64,000 bases of DNA from Deltaproteobacteria bacterium. Its GTDB lineage: Bacteria > Myxococcota_A > Polyangia > Polyangiales > Houyiibacteriaceae. The stretch is from contig JAXMNT010000008.1 of the NCBI GenBank assembly GCA_034670305.1, forward strand, positions 96,001 to 160,000, read 5' to 3'. Shown one piece after another: positions 1 through 9,868 of the stretch. A program made the translations under genes and the position numbers. Within the stretch, counting starts at the first letter, position 1, and every line of letters begins with the position of its first letter. The notes below the pieces were generated by a model. It saw only the letters and a list, made by a program, of their open reading frames with translations. It made no database searches and was not told the DNA's origin.

Positions 1-109
1 AACCCGGCACGGCACAACGCGGCCAGTCCGCGTGCCTTGCCGCCGTACAGCCCGGAGCGTCGGGGGAGCAGGGTCTCGATCCGGCGCACTTCGCGGGGCA
101 TGAGAGAGT

Positions 110-1339
110 CTACTCCCGACCCGTGCCGGACGCTGCGCCTTCGATCGAACGGCCGGCGGTCAGCTCGACCAGGCGGTCGATCAAGAACCGGGATTGGTCC
201 CGTGCCTCGTCGGTGAAGTCGGCCCCGAGGAACCCGCGCACTTCCTCGAACATGGCGTCGAATGCTTCCTGGTCGTGGGCCTCCAACATCTCTGCGATCT
301 CTTTCGCCGCGTCCCGAAACACCCGCGTCACATCGGCGGTGCGGGGGTTCAACATCTCGATCGGGCCGTACAGTCCCGGCGACTGCGCAAAGTGCCGACC
401 GATGACGTACGCCTCGAGCAGATACGCGGGCGACGTGAAGGCCAGGGAGTCCGCGAGCGGCACCCCGAGCCGCGCCAGGGCCAGACCCATCACCTGGGTC
501 TGAAAATGATTCAGCACCTGCACCACGCTCATCGCGCGGTCGTGGGCCTCGGCGCTCGTCTCGGTGACCACCAGGCCCCGCGACTGAAACGTCTCGCGGG
601 TCCAGTCGTACCAGTCGTCGCCGCGTCCACGACAGAGCACCACGCGCTGTCCGGTGAACGTGTGCACGCCGGGTCCGAACATCGGGTGCGTTCCGACGAC
701 GCTCGCTTCGGTCGCGCCGAGCATGGTCTCGAGCGGCTCGCTCTTCACCGAGGTGACGTCCATCAAGAGAGATGTGGCCTTGAGCTTGGGGCCAAGGCTT
801 CGAATCACGTCCGAGGTCGCACGGATCGGCACACTGATCACCACGACGTCGGCGTACGCGGCGGCGTCCTCGGGGCGCAGGTCCGTGGCCACGTCCGCGA
901 TCATCACCGCGTGCCCCAGGTCGCCGAAGAGACGCGCCAGGCTCTGGCCCATGCCGCCCTCCCCGCCCACGATCGCGATCGTCTTCGGCTCCAGGTTCTC
1001 CGGCACTTCCGCGCGCAGCGCCGCTTGTCGGTCGCGACTCGCGGTGAGCAAGAGCCGGTAGATGGACTCGATCGACTCCGGCGGCAGACCGAGCTTCTCG
1101 GCCCGATCGGCGCGATCCGCGAGCACCTCCCGCTCCCGCTTCAGATCCCGAATCGGCACCCGATGGTGGCGCTTGAAGCTCGCGATCTCCGCCACGATGC
1201 CCATGCGGCGTGAGAGCAACTGCAGCACATCGCGGTCGATCGCGTCGAGCTGGGCCCGAAGCACTGGGAGCGGACGGTTGGAGGGCGCGCTGGCAGCAGG
1301 AGACGCGGCGGGGCCGGGTTTGGGTTCTTCGTTCGACAT
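110..1339 (-). CDS. tyrA: Bifunctional chorismate mutase / prephenate dehydrogenase
   Basis: N-terminal AroQ-type CM motif (LRAQLDAIDRDVLQLLSRR...RDLKRE), then Rossmann IVGGEGGMG, DVTSVK and HPMFGP motifs of PDH. Confidence 0.9.
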   Translation of the reverse strand: MSNEEPKPGPAASPAASAPSNRPLPVLRAQLDAIDRDVLQLLSRRMGIVAEIASFKRHHRVPIRDLKREREVLADRADRAEKLGLPPESIESIYRLLLTASRDRQAALRAEVPENLEPKTIAIVGGEGGMGQSLARLFGDLGHAVMIADVATDLRPEDAAAYADVVVISVPIRATSDVIRSLGPKLKATSLLMDVTSVKSEPLETMLGATEASVVGTHPMFGPGVHTFTGQRVVLCRGRGDDWYDWTRETFQSRGLVVTETSAEAHDRAMSVVQVLNHFQTQVMGLALARLGVPLADSLAFTSPAYLLEAYVIGRHFAQSPGLYGPIEMLNPRTADVTRVFRDAAKEIAEMLEAHDQEAFDAMFEEVRGFLGADFTDEARDQSRFLIDRLVELTAGRSIEGAASGTGRE

Positions 1340-1405
1340 GGGCGGCGGGTCTCACCATAATCGCGGACCCTGCCGGGTCGACCCGATGGGCCCACCGAGA
1401 CGACC

Positions 1406-2743
1406 ATGCGCACCCTGAAGCTCCACCACTGGATCCTGATCGCGATGGTGCTCGGCGCCGGAATCGGCCTGCCGCTGAGCCACTTCGGCAACAACGGCAC
1501 CATCGACCCGGACGTGGTCGCGACGATCGCCGACGTGGGCAAGCGGGTGGGCGACCTGTTCCTGCAGCTGCTGAAGATGCTGGTCGTGCCGCTCATCGTG
1601 TCCTCGCTGATCAGCGGGGTCACCGGCATGGGCGACCTGCGCCAGCTCGGCAAACTCGGCGGCCGCACGATGCTCTTCTACCTGAGCACGAGCGCGGTCG
1701 CGATCCTGACGGGCGTCGTCTTCGTGAACCTGATCATGCCGGGCGAAGGCGTGCCGCTCTCGCTGCTCCAAGAAGGTGCCGAAGGTGCGGCCCTCCCGAC
1801 GGTGGCCGAGGAAGGCCAAGGACTCGGCGCGGTGCTCTGGGACCAGCTCAAGGGCATGATCCCGAGCAACCCGCTTCACGCCGCCGCCGAAGGCGACATG
1901 CTGCCGGTGATCTTCTTCTCGATCCTGATCGGCGTGTTCATCAGCCTGGTCGAACACGGCAAGGTCGAGGGCGAGAGCGATGCGGACACGCAGGCGCGCC
2001 TCGACGCCTCCATCGTGCGCCGCTTCTTCACGGGTCTCTTCGCGGTGATGATGAAGATGACGCTCGCCGTCATCGCCCTCGCGCCGATCGGCGTCTTCGG
2101 CTTCATGCTCTACGCCGCCGCCGGCCACGGCTTCGCCGCCTTCCGGGCGCTCGGCTGGTACGCGCTCACGGTGTTCGTCGCGCTCGTCGTGCACGCGTTC
2201 CTCACCCTGCCCGCGATCCTCTACGTCATGGGCCGCAAGAACCCGTGGCACCACGCGCAAGCGATGATCCCCGCGCTTCTGACCGCGTTCAGCACCGCGA
2301 GCAGCAACGGCACCCTGCCCCTCACGATGCAGTGCGTGGAGAAGAGCGGCGTCCCCAACCGCATCGGCTCGTTCGTCCTCCCCCTCGGCGCCACCATCAA
2401 CATGGACGGCACCGCCCTCTACGAAGCGGTCGCCGTGTTGTTCATCGCCCAGGTCTACGGCCTCGACCTGAGCATCGGCCAGCAACTCGTCGTCGCCCTC
2501 ACGGCCCTCTTGGCGAGCGTCGGCGCCGCCGGCATCCCCCACGCCGGCACCGTGATGATGGTCGTCGTCCTCGGCGCCGTCGGCCTCCCCACCACCGCCG
2601 TCGGCCTCATCCTCGCCGTCGACCGAATCCTCGACATGTGTCGAACGACCGTGAACGTCTGGAGCGACAGCGCCGCCGCGGTCGTCATCTCGAGATTCGC
2701 AACAGAGCCACTGACCGAGCTGCCGCCAGAGCCCGCCGACTGA
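1406..2743 (+). CDS. Dicarboxylate/amino acid:cation symporter (DAACS, GltP/GltT family)
   Basis: Multi-TM protein with AFSTASSNGTLP, LPLGATINMDGTALY and DRILDMCRTTVNVWSD signatures. Confidence 0.93.
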   Translation: MRTLKLHHWILIAMVLGAGIGLPLSHFGNNGTIDPDVVATIADVGKRVGDLFLQLLKMLVVPLIVSSLISGVTGMGDLRQLGKLGGRTMLFYLSTSAVAILTGVVFVNLIMPGEGVPLSLLQEGAEGAALPTVAEEGQGLGAVLWDQLKGMIPSNPLHAAAEGDMLPVIFFSILIGVFISLVEHGKVEGESDADTQARLDASIVRRFFTGLFAVMMKMTLAVIALAPIGVFGFMLYAAAGHGFAAFRALGWYALTVFVALVVHAFLTLPAILYVMGRKNPWHHAQAMIPALLTAFSTASSNGTLPLTMQCVEKSGVPNRIGSFVLPLGATINMDGTALYEAVAVLFIAQVYGLDLSIGQQLVVALTALLASVGAAGIPHAGTVMMVVVLGAVGLPTTAVGLILAVDRILDMCRTTVNVWSDSAAAVVISRFATEPLTELPPEPAD

Positions 2744-2746
2744 CAC

Positions 2747-3010
2747 AGGGCGGGTCCCGTGGCTTCGGGATCGGCTACGGCATCGGCTTCGGCTTCGGCA
2801 TCGGCTTCGGCATCGGCTTCGGCATCGGCATCGGCATCGGCTTCGGCATCGGCTTCGGCATCGGCTTCGGGATCGGCTTCGGCTTCGGGATCGGGATCGG
2901 GATCGGCTTCGGGTTCGGGTTCGGGTTCGGGATCGGGAACGGGATCGGCTTCGGCAAGGCAAAGAAGGCCAAGGGCAAGGGCACGGGCAAGGGCACGGGC
3001 ACGGGCAAGG
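2747..3010 (+). repeat. Intergenic hexamer array (TCGGCW/TCGGGW)n with (GGGCAM)n tail, copy 1
   Basis: Leader AGGGCGGGTCCC 2747-2758, array about 2761-2956, six GGG tracts 2973-3005. Confidence 0.95.
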
Positions 3011-3067
3011 ACCACACGGACGGAAGGCGTTGCGTTTCCCCGCTCCCGCCCCTACGCCCCACAACAC

Positions 3068-4462
3068 ATGCGCAAACCCAAAGTGGCGATCGCCGGGGCG
3101 AGCGGGTTCGTCGGCACTGCGCTTCGCAAGGCGCTCGCCGACCGGTTCGAGGTCGTCGCGCTCAGTCGCCGAGCCCGCGAAGAGGACGGCGTCGAGTGGC
3201 GGGCATGCGACCTGTTCTCGTTGCTCGAACTGGAGAGCGCGCTCGAGGGCTGCGACTACGCCGTCTACCTCGTGCACTCGATGCTGCCCTCGGCGCGGCT
3301 GACCCAGGCTTCGTTCGACGATTTGGATCTGCTCCTCGCGGACAACTTCGCCCGCGCGGCCGCACGGTGCGGCGTTCGCCACGTGGTCTACCTCGGGGGA
3401 TTGATCCCCGACGAAGGCGTGCTCTCGGCGCACCTCGCCAGCCGGCTCGAGGTGGAGCGCACCCTGCGCGCGTATGGGGCGGCGGTCACGAGTCTGCGGG
3501 CGGGGCTCGTCGTCGGCGCCGGTGGCTCGTCGCTGCACATCCTGACCAAGCTCGTCGAACGGTTGCCCGCGATGCTCACGCCGCGGTGGACCCGTTCACC
3601 GACCCAGCCGATCGCATTGCAGGACGTCGTACGCGCGATCGATCATTGCCTCGGGCGCACGGAGATGGCGGGCGACTTCGACATCGGCGGCCCGGACGTG
3701 ATGAGCTACCGCGACATGATGGGCCGCACCGCGAAGGTGCTCGGCAAACGCCGACCGATGGTCGACGTGCCGCTCTTCACCCCAGGGCTCTCCTCGCTCT
3801 GGGTGTCGCTCATCACCGGCACGCCGCGTGCGCTCGTCGGCCCGCTCATCCAGAGCCTCCGGCACGCGATGGTGGTGACCGACAACCCACTGCAACAGTG
3901 GCTCCAGCCCGACGCGCTCGGGTTCGAGGACGCCTTGCGACAAGCCGTCGCCCACGAAGCCGCGCCGAAGCCTCAGCTGGCGCGCCTCTCCACCCACCGT
4001 CGTCAAGCCCGCGTCGCCAGCACCGTGCGCAGCGTGCAGCGCCTCGCCCGGCCGCCCGGCGTCGGCGCACGCTGGATCGCGGAGGAGTACATCCGATGGC
4101 TCCCCACCATGCCGCTGCCGGCGCTCCGCTGCGAACGAGAAGGTTCTGTCGTGCGGTTCTGCCTCGGGCCCTTCTCGAAACCGCTGCTGGTGCTCCGGCT
4201 CTCGGAGGAACGCAACGCGCCGGGCCGAGCGCTCTTCTACATCGACGGCGGTTGGCTCGCGCGCACCGACGGACCTCGACCGGGCCGGTTCGAGTTCCGG
4301 ATCACGCCCGACGGCAAGAGTGTGATCGCGGCGATCCACGAGTTCCGGCCCGCGCTCCCGTGGTTCGTGTACGAAGCCACCCAGGCGCTCGCCCACCTGC
4401 TCGTGATGAAGCTCTTCGGCCGCCACCTCGCCCGACATCCGGGCGAGGTGCCCGCCGATTGA
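3068..4462 (+). CDS. NAD(P)-binding atypical SDR / epimerase-dehydratase (YbjT-like) with C-terminal extension
   Basis: ATG 3068 MRKPKVAIAGASGFVG; YLVHSM, VVYLGG and SAHLASRLEVE motifs. The upstream ASAS part of the ORF track is the repeat. Confidence 0.8.
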   Translation: MRKPKVAIAGASGFVGTALRKALADRFEVVALSRRAREEDGVEWRACDLFSLLELESALEGCDYAVYLVHSMLPSARLTQASFDDLDLLLADNFARAAARCGVRHVVYLGGLIPDEGVLSAHLASRLEVERTLRAYGAAVTSLRAGLVVGAGGSSLHILTKLVERLPAMLTPRWTRSPTQPIALQDVVRAIDHCLGRTEMAGDFDIGGPDVMSYRDMMGRTAKVLGKRRPMVDVPLFTPGLSSLWVSLITGTPRALVGPLIQSLRHAMVVTDNPLQQWLQPDALGFEDALRQAVAHEAAPKPQLARLSTHRRQARVASTVRSVQRLARPPGVGARWIAEEYIRWLPTMPLPALRCEREGSVVRFCLGPFSKPLLVLRLSEERNAPGRALFYIDGGWLARTDGPRPGRFEFRITPDGKSVIAAIHEFRPALPWFVYEATQALAHLLVMKLFGRHLARHPGEVPAD

Positions 4463-4557
4463 CGCGCGACAAGCCTGGCGATCCGCGGGACACTCTGGCC
4501 GTGAACGCACCACCCCGACGCGTCGTTCCGCCCGACGCACGACGCGACGACTGGCGG

Positions 4558-4971
4558 ATGCCGCGGCCCGTGCGCAAGGTCGCGCGCGCTTTCGCCGAAG
4601 CGCTCTTCGCGGACGAGCAAGGCCCACCTCCGGCCGACCGGCTCGATTGGCTGATGGAGGATGTCCAAGATTTCCTGGCGCACGCTGGGCCGCGGGCGCG
4701 CACCGTCTTTCAGGCCAGCATGGTCGCGCTCGGCACCGTCGCGCCGCTCGCCGCCGGCATTCCGAAGCCGCTGTGGGCGATCGGCTGGCGCGAGCGGGTG
4801 CACGTCGTCGAGAAGTTCGAGAAGACGCCGCTCGGTCTCGCGGTGCTGGGTGCGAAGACGATGATCTGCTTCTCCTGGTACGAACACCCGGCCACCACCG
4901 CGGAGATCGGATACGACGGGCTCCCGCTCGATCCGCGACGCGACGACTCGGAACCCCGAGGCGGCCGATGA
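4558..4971 (+). CDS. Small partner subunit of GMC oxidoreductase (gluconate 2-dehydrogenase subunit 3-like)
   Basis: 137 aa ORF from ATG 4558 ending in YEHP...IGYDG; TGA overlaps the ATG of the GMC gene (ATGA). Confidence 0.6.
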   Translation: MPRPVRKVARAFAEALFADEQGPPPADRLDWLMEDVQDFLAHAGPRARTVFQASMVALGTVAPLAAGIPKPLWAIGWRERVHVVEKFEKTPLGLAVLGAKTMICFSWYEHPATTAEIGYDGLPLDPRRDDSEPRGGR

Positions 4972-6482
4972 CGTACGAATCGGCGCGCGACCTCGGGCGC
5001 GACCTGGAGCTCAGCTGCGACGTCGTCGTCGTCGGCTCGGGCGCGAGCGGCGCCACCGTCGCGACGGAGCTCGCGGAAGCCGGACAGAACGTGCTCGTTC
5101 TGGAAGAAGGCGCGCGGGTGGACGCAGGGCTGCACGGAAAGATGCGCCCGAGCGAATCGCTCCGGCACGTGTGGCGCGACGGGGGCTTCACGGTGGCGGT
5201 CGGCCTCGGGGACACGCCGGTGATCAACGTGACGATGGGCCGCGTGGTCGGAGGCTCGTCGGTGGTCACCGGCGGGGTGTGTTTCCGAACCCCGGACCAC
5301 GTGCTCGACGGGTGGGCGAACGAGCTCGGTTTGACCGAATACAGCGCCCGCAAGATGGAGCCGTACTTCGAGAAGGTCGAGAAGCACCTGCACGTGGAGA
5401 CGGTCACGCCCGACCGGTGGTCGCGCTCCACGCACCTGTTCGCCGAGGGTGCGAAGAAGAAGGGCTTCCGCATCGAGCCGGTGCGGCGCAACACCGACGG
5501 CTGCCGCGGCCATGGGCGGTGCAACTTCGGTTGTCCGGAGAAAGCCAAACTCAGCGTCGACCAGAGCTACCTGCCGCGCGCCGTCGCCCAAGGCGCGACG
5601 GTGTACTCGCACTGCCGAGTCGATCGCGTGGTGGTGAAGGGTGGCCGCGCGCGCGGGGTGGTCGGCCGGGTGCTCGACGGCCGCAACGGCAAACCCGGAC
5701 ACAAGCTCACCGTTCACGCCAAACGGGTCGTCATCGCGGGCAGCGCGTGGTTCACGCCGGGCATCCTCCGCCGCAGCGGCATCCGAAACGCAGTGCTCGG
5801 CAAACGCATGACGCTGCACCCGGGCTTTCGGATGATGGCCGCCTTCGACGAACCGGTCGAAGGGTGGAAGGGCGCCATGCAGAGCGCGTTCACCGACGCG
5901 TTCGAAGACCGCGGACTGACGCTCGTCTCGCTTTTCATTCCGGTCAGCGTCATCGGCGCGACGATGCCCGGCATCGGGCCGGAGCACGTGAAGCGGGCCC
6001 GCCGGATGCGCTACGTCGCGATGTTCGGCGGCATGATCCACGACGAAGGCGGCGGCACCGTGCGGCGGGGCCCCGGAGGCGCGCCGCTCGCGACGTACCG
6101 CATGTCGAAGCGCGACCGGGCACGCGTCCCCGACATCATCCGAACCATGGGCGGCACCTTCCTCGCCGCCGGCGCGACCGAGATCTTTCCGCCCGTGCTC
6201 GGCCTCGACCACGGCCTCGACGCGGATGCATTCGAGCGGTTTCCGTTCGAGTCGTTGCCGGGCCGCCGATTCGAGTGTTCCTCCCAACATCCGCTCGGCA
6301 CGGCCCGCATCGGCACCGACGCCCGCAGCAGCGTGTGCGATCCGGGCGGCCGGGTCTGGGGCACCGAAGAGCTCTACGTGGTGGATGGCTCCGTGCTGCC
6401 GACCAGCCTCGGCGTGAACCCACAGGAGTCGATCATGGCGGTCGCCACCCGCATCGCGCACGCGATGCCGCCGCTGGCATAG
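4968..6482 (+). CDS. GMC family FAD oxidoreductase
   Basis: [14 protein letters not shown] motif, [40 protein letters not shown]. Confidence 0.9.
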   Translation: MTYESARDLGRDLELSCDVVVVGSGASGATVATELAEAGQNVLVLEEGARVDAGLHGKMRPSESLRHVWRDGGFTVAVGLGDTPVINVTMGRVVGGSSVVTGGVCFRTPDHVLDGWANELGLTEYSARKMEPYFEKVEKHLHVETVTPDRWSRSTHLFAEGAKKKGFRIEPVRRNTDGCRGHGRCNFGCPEKAKLSVDQSYLPRAVAQGATVYSHCRVDRVVVKGGRARGVVGRVLDGRNGKPGHKLTVHAKRVVIAGSAWFTPGILRRSGIRNAVLGKRMTLHPGFRMMAAFDEPVEGWKGAMQSAFTDAFEDRGLTLVSLFIPVSVIGATMPGIGPEHVKRARRMRYVAMFGGMIHDEGGGTVRRGPGGAPLATYRMSKRDRARVPDIIRTMGGTFLAAGATEIFPPVLGLDHGLDADAFERFPFESLPGRRFECSSQHPLGTARIGTDARSSVCDPGGRVWGTEELYVVDGSVLPTSLGVNPQESIMAVATRIAHAMPPLA

Positions 6483-6730
6483 AGGGCGGGGCCCCTTGCC
6501 CCTGCCCTTGCCCTGATTCGGCGTCCGCGTCGGAATCGGTCTCGGCTTCGGCGTCGGCTTCGGCGTCGGATTCGGATTCGGATTCGGCGTCGGCTTCGGA
6601 TTCGGATTCGGATTCGGCTTCGGCTTCGGCGTCGGCTTCGGCGTCGGATTCGGCTTCGGCTTCGGCGTCGATGCATCAAGCGGGCAAGGGCAAGGGCAAG
6701 GGCAAAGGCAAGGGTGAGCGCAAGGGCACA
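6483..6730 (+). repeat. Intergenic hexamer array enclosed by inverted (CCCTTG)n / (GGGCAA)n arms, copy 2
   Basis: Leader AGGGCGGGGCCC, C-tract 6492-6513, TCGGC/TCGGA array about 6517-6670, GGGCAA tail 6682-6728. Confidence 0.95.
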
Positions 6731-6804
6731 ATCCGAGTCAGCGGTCTCGCACACCGTGCGGTTCCCGATTTGCTCCGAGGCGCCGAGGCTGCGTAGCGTG
6801 CCGC

Positions 6805-8589
6805 ATGAACCTTCGAACCTTGGGCACCCTCGCCCTGTGCGCGGTGTGGGCCGCTGGATGCGGCGGCGACGACGACGCGGCGGTGGACGCCGGTCCCGTG
6901 GACGCCCGTGGCACGGACGCGCCCGATCCGGTGGACGCGTTCACCCCGGTCGATTGCAGCGCGTTCACCGAAGTCGAGGTCTGCGAGGCCAGCCCCACGA
7001 GCTGCGAGATCGTCTTCGACGACTCGACCGGCTGCGCAGAGGCGTGCGCCGCTGGAGGCCTCGTGTGCAGTGAGAGCTTCGAGAACATCGATGGTATGTG
7101 CGCGGGCGATCGTACGATGCCGCTCGATTGCGCGGACACCGGCCACATCTCCGACCACTGCGTGTGCGTGCGCGAGATGGTCGACGCGGGCCCCGTGGAC
7201 GCAGGGGTCGACGCCGCGTCGATGGATGCGGGACCGATCGATGCCGGACCGCCGGGCGAGGTTCTCGCGTTTCCGAGCGCGCGGGGTGCGGGTGCCCGAG
7301 CCACCGGCGGTCGCGGCGGACGGGTCCTCCGGGTGACGAACCTGAACGACTCCGGCGAAGGCAGCCTGCGGGCCGCGCTGACCGCGTCCGGACCGCGCAT
7401 CATCACCTTCGCGGTGTCGGGCGTCGTGATCGTCGACAGCACCATTCGCGTGACGAACGGAGACTTCACCTTGGCGGGTCAGACCGCGCCGGCAGGCGGC
7501 ATCACCGTCTCGGGCGTCAGCCGAGTGCTCGAGTTCGTCGGGGCGGACAACTTCATCGTCCGCTACCTCCGGGTGCGGCCGGAGTACTCCACGTTCGATG
7601 CGGTCTCGCTGATCAACTGCTCGAACCACATCTTCGATCACATCTCGGTTTCATGGGGTGGCGACGAGGTGATGACCACCCGTGGAGACACGGACGACGT
7701 GACGTTCCAGCGGCTGCTCTTGGCCGAGGGCAAGACGGGCACGTTGTTCGGGGACAGCGACGATCCGACCCTCTCGGAGAACCTCAGCTTCCACCACAAC
7801 GCCTACTACAACGTCACCCACCGCCACCCCAACGTGCACACGTACGGACGCGCGGACGTCTACAACAACGTGGTCTTCAACTGGAAGTTCCGCTGGTCGG
7901 TGGTCATCGGCGACGTGCAACTCAACCACATCGGCAACTACTACCTGCAGGGATGCGTCGAGACCCCGAACGGCAACAACAGCTTCAACAAGGTGTTCTA
8001 CCGCGCCGAGTACGAACCCGAGATCCACAGCGCCGGCAACCTCGTGATGCCAAGCCACCTGACGGACCCAGCGGAAGACAACTGGCGGCTCTGGAACTGG
8101 CGGGTCGACGTCACCTCGGGCCCGTACGCCGGCGCCAGCGCCAACACGCAGCTGACCGACGACTACCAGGTGGACGCGCCCTTCCCCCTGCTTGGGCCGC
8201 CGACCACCGCGCAGACTGCGGCGGACGCATTCACGGACGTGAGCAACGATGTGGGTGCGAACCGGCGCATCGACGAGAACGGTGATGTCGTCGCTGAGGT
8301 CGACGCGCTCGACGCGCTCTACCTCTCGGACATTCGGGATGGCGCGTGCGTGAGCTACATGAGCAGCAGCGCCGGACAGAACTTCAACACGACCCCGCAC
8401 TACCTCGCGTTCATCGCGGGGCGGTCGTCGACGCCGATGGGCACCGGACCGGCGGATACGAACGAAGACGGGATCCCGGATGCGTGGATCACCGCGCGCG
8501 GGTTCACGGTCTCCGAGGATCTCACCAGTCACGAATGGCCGAGCGGCTACATCGGCGTCGAGGAGTACCTGAACGAAGTCGATCGGTGA
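6805..8589 (+). CDS. Pectate lyase-like (beta-helix polysaccharide lyase) lipoprotein
   Basis: Lipobox WAAGC, Cys-rich and DAG linker, then [59 protein letters not shown]. Confidence 0.8.
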   Translation: MNLRTLGTLALCAVWAAGCGGDDDAAVDAGPVDARGTDAPDPVDAFTPVDCSAFTEVEVCEASPTSCEIVFDDSTGCAEACAAGGLVCSESFENIDGMCAGDRTMPLDCADTGHISDHCVCVREMVDAGPVDAGVDAASMDAGPIDAGPPGEVLAFPSARGAGARATGGRGGRVLRVTNLNDSGEGSLRAALTASGPRIITFAVSGVVIVDSTIRVTNGDFTLAGQTAPAGGITVSGVSRVLEFVGADNFIVRYLRVRPEYSTFDAVSLINCSNHIFDHISVSWGGDEVMTTRGDTDDVTFQRLLLAEGKTGTLFGDSDDPTLSENLSFHHNAYYNVTHRHPNVHTYGRADVYNNVVFNWKFRWSVVIGDVQLNHIGNYYLQGCVETPNGNNSFNKVFYRAEYEPEIHSAGNLVMPSHLTDPAEDNWRLWNWRVDVTSGPYAGASANTQLTDDYQVDAPFPLLGPPTTAQTAADAFTDVSNDVGANRRIDENGDVVAEVDALDALYLSDIRDGACVSYMSSSAGQNFNTTPHYLAFIAGRSSTPMGTGPADTNEDGIPDAWITARGFTVSEDLTSHEWPSGYIGVEEYLNEVDR

Positions 8590-8637
8590 CCGACCGGCCG
8601 ACCGACCAGCCAGGATGACGTCCGAGGACTTGGTGAC

Positions 8638-8883
8638 GCCGTCGCCGAGGCCGATGCCGAGGCCGAGGCCGAGGCCGACGCCGAAGCCGAAGCCGACGCC
8701 GAAGCCGACGCCGAAGCCGAATCCGAAGGCGAGCCCGAAGCCGACGCCGAAGCCGACGCCGAAGCCGACGCCGACCCCGAAGCCGAGTCCGATCCCGAAG
8801 CCGACCCCGAAGCCGAGTCCGATCCCGAAGCCGAGGCCGACGCCGAATCCGATCCCGATCCCGAGGCCGACGCCGAATCCGGC
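8638..8883 (-). repeat. Intergenic hexamer array (GCCGAN)n, copy 3 (inverted orientation)
   Basis: GCCGAG/GCCGAA/GCCGAC/CCCGAA units lying between two convergent stop codons. Confidence 0.95.
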
Positions 8884-9564
8884 CTACTGCTCGAACGCCT
8901 TCGCTAGGGGGCAGTTCTCCGGGGCGGGTTGGCCGCGGCGGTAGCGGTCGAGGAGGTGGCGGGAGCGTTGGGCGAGTTCGCGGCGGACTTGGCGGCGTTC
9001 GCCTTTGACCCGCTTGATCTTCATGTCGTCGTAGCCGGTGGTCTGGTGGCGCATCCAGGCAATGGTCGCGGCGGCGGCGCGCCTCTCGACGGGGATGCGC
9101 TTGGTGCGGGCGACCGTGCCGCTGCCGACCGGGGTCGCGTGCGCGGCGATCGCGCGGGCCATGCGTCGCGCGAGCGGTTCATGGGTCGGGGCGAAGTCGA
9201 GGAACGCGAACACCGCGTCTTCGAACTCGGCGGCGTACGCGACCTGCTCGCGTTCCCGCTTCTTGCGGGCGGCGTCGAGTTTGCGTTGGTGGGCGGGGTC
9301 GCTCCGTTCGAGGGTGAGGGCCGCCACGATCGCGTCGACCCGGTCCTTCGGTGCCCAGATGCCTTGGGAGAACGTGCGGCGCCCCTTCTTCTCTTGCACC
9401 AGCCAGTGCGGTCCGCCGGCTTTCACTCGGCGCGTGAGCGCGGCATCCCCGGGCGGGACGAGGATCCAGTCGGTGGGCGGCACGAGGTACGCGCCCTGTT
9501 CGGTGCGCACCTCGCGGGCCGTTCGGCCCGGGCGCACCGTTCGAGTCTCGGTCGGCATGGGCAC
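8884..9564 (-). CDS. DUF2293 domain protein
   Basis: [13 protein letters not shown] and [11 protein letters not shown] motifs; start may be ATG at 9558. Confidence 0.75.
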   Translation of the reverse strand: MPMPTETRTVRPGRTAREVRTEQGAYLVPPTDWILVPPGDAALTRRVKAGGPHWLVQEKKGRRTFSQGIWAPKDRVDAIVAALTLERSDPAHQRKLDAARKKREREQVAYAAEFEDAVFAFLDFAPTHEPLARRMARAIAAHATPVGSGTVARTKRIPVERRAAAATIAWMRHQTTGYDDMKIKRVKGERRQVRRELAQRSRHLLDRYRRGQPAPENCPLAKAFEQ

Positions 9565-9599
9565 CCGGTAGCACAGTGCTCCGAGTCACCAAGTCCTCG

Positions 9600-9855
9600 G
9601 CCTTCGGCTTTGGCCTCGGCTTCGGCCTCGGCATCGGCATCGGCGTCGGCTTCGGCCTCGGCTTCGGCTTCGGCATCGGCTTCGGCGTCGACTTCGGCTT
9701 CGGCATCGGCTTCGGCGTCGGCGTCGACTTCGGCTTCGGCTTCGGCATCGGCTTCGGCGTCGGCATCGGCTTCGGCGTCGGCTTCGGCGTCGGCGTCGGC
9801 GTCGGCTTCGGCTTCGGCTTCGAAGGGCACGGGCACGGGCACGGGCAAGGGCACG
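9600..9855 (+). repeat. Intergenic hexamer array (TCGGCN)n with (GGGCAC)n tail, copy 4
   Basis: Array about 9600-9821, five GGG tracts 9825-9851. Confidence 0.95.
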
Positions 9856-9868
9856 CCCCGCCCCCGGC

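Noticed and set aside
2455-3062. ORFs reading ASASAS, GFGIG, PKPMP, RSRSR or EADAE across the intergenic arrays (also near 6374, 8615, 9576, 25575 and 59154)
   Set aside because: The hexamer arrays lack stop codons in all frames, so these are translation artefacts. Real starts lie downstream (for example 3068 and 59413).
8638-9855. Possible CRISPR array
   Set aside because: Continuous 6-nt periodicity with no unique spacers between identical repeats, and no cas genes.
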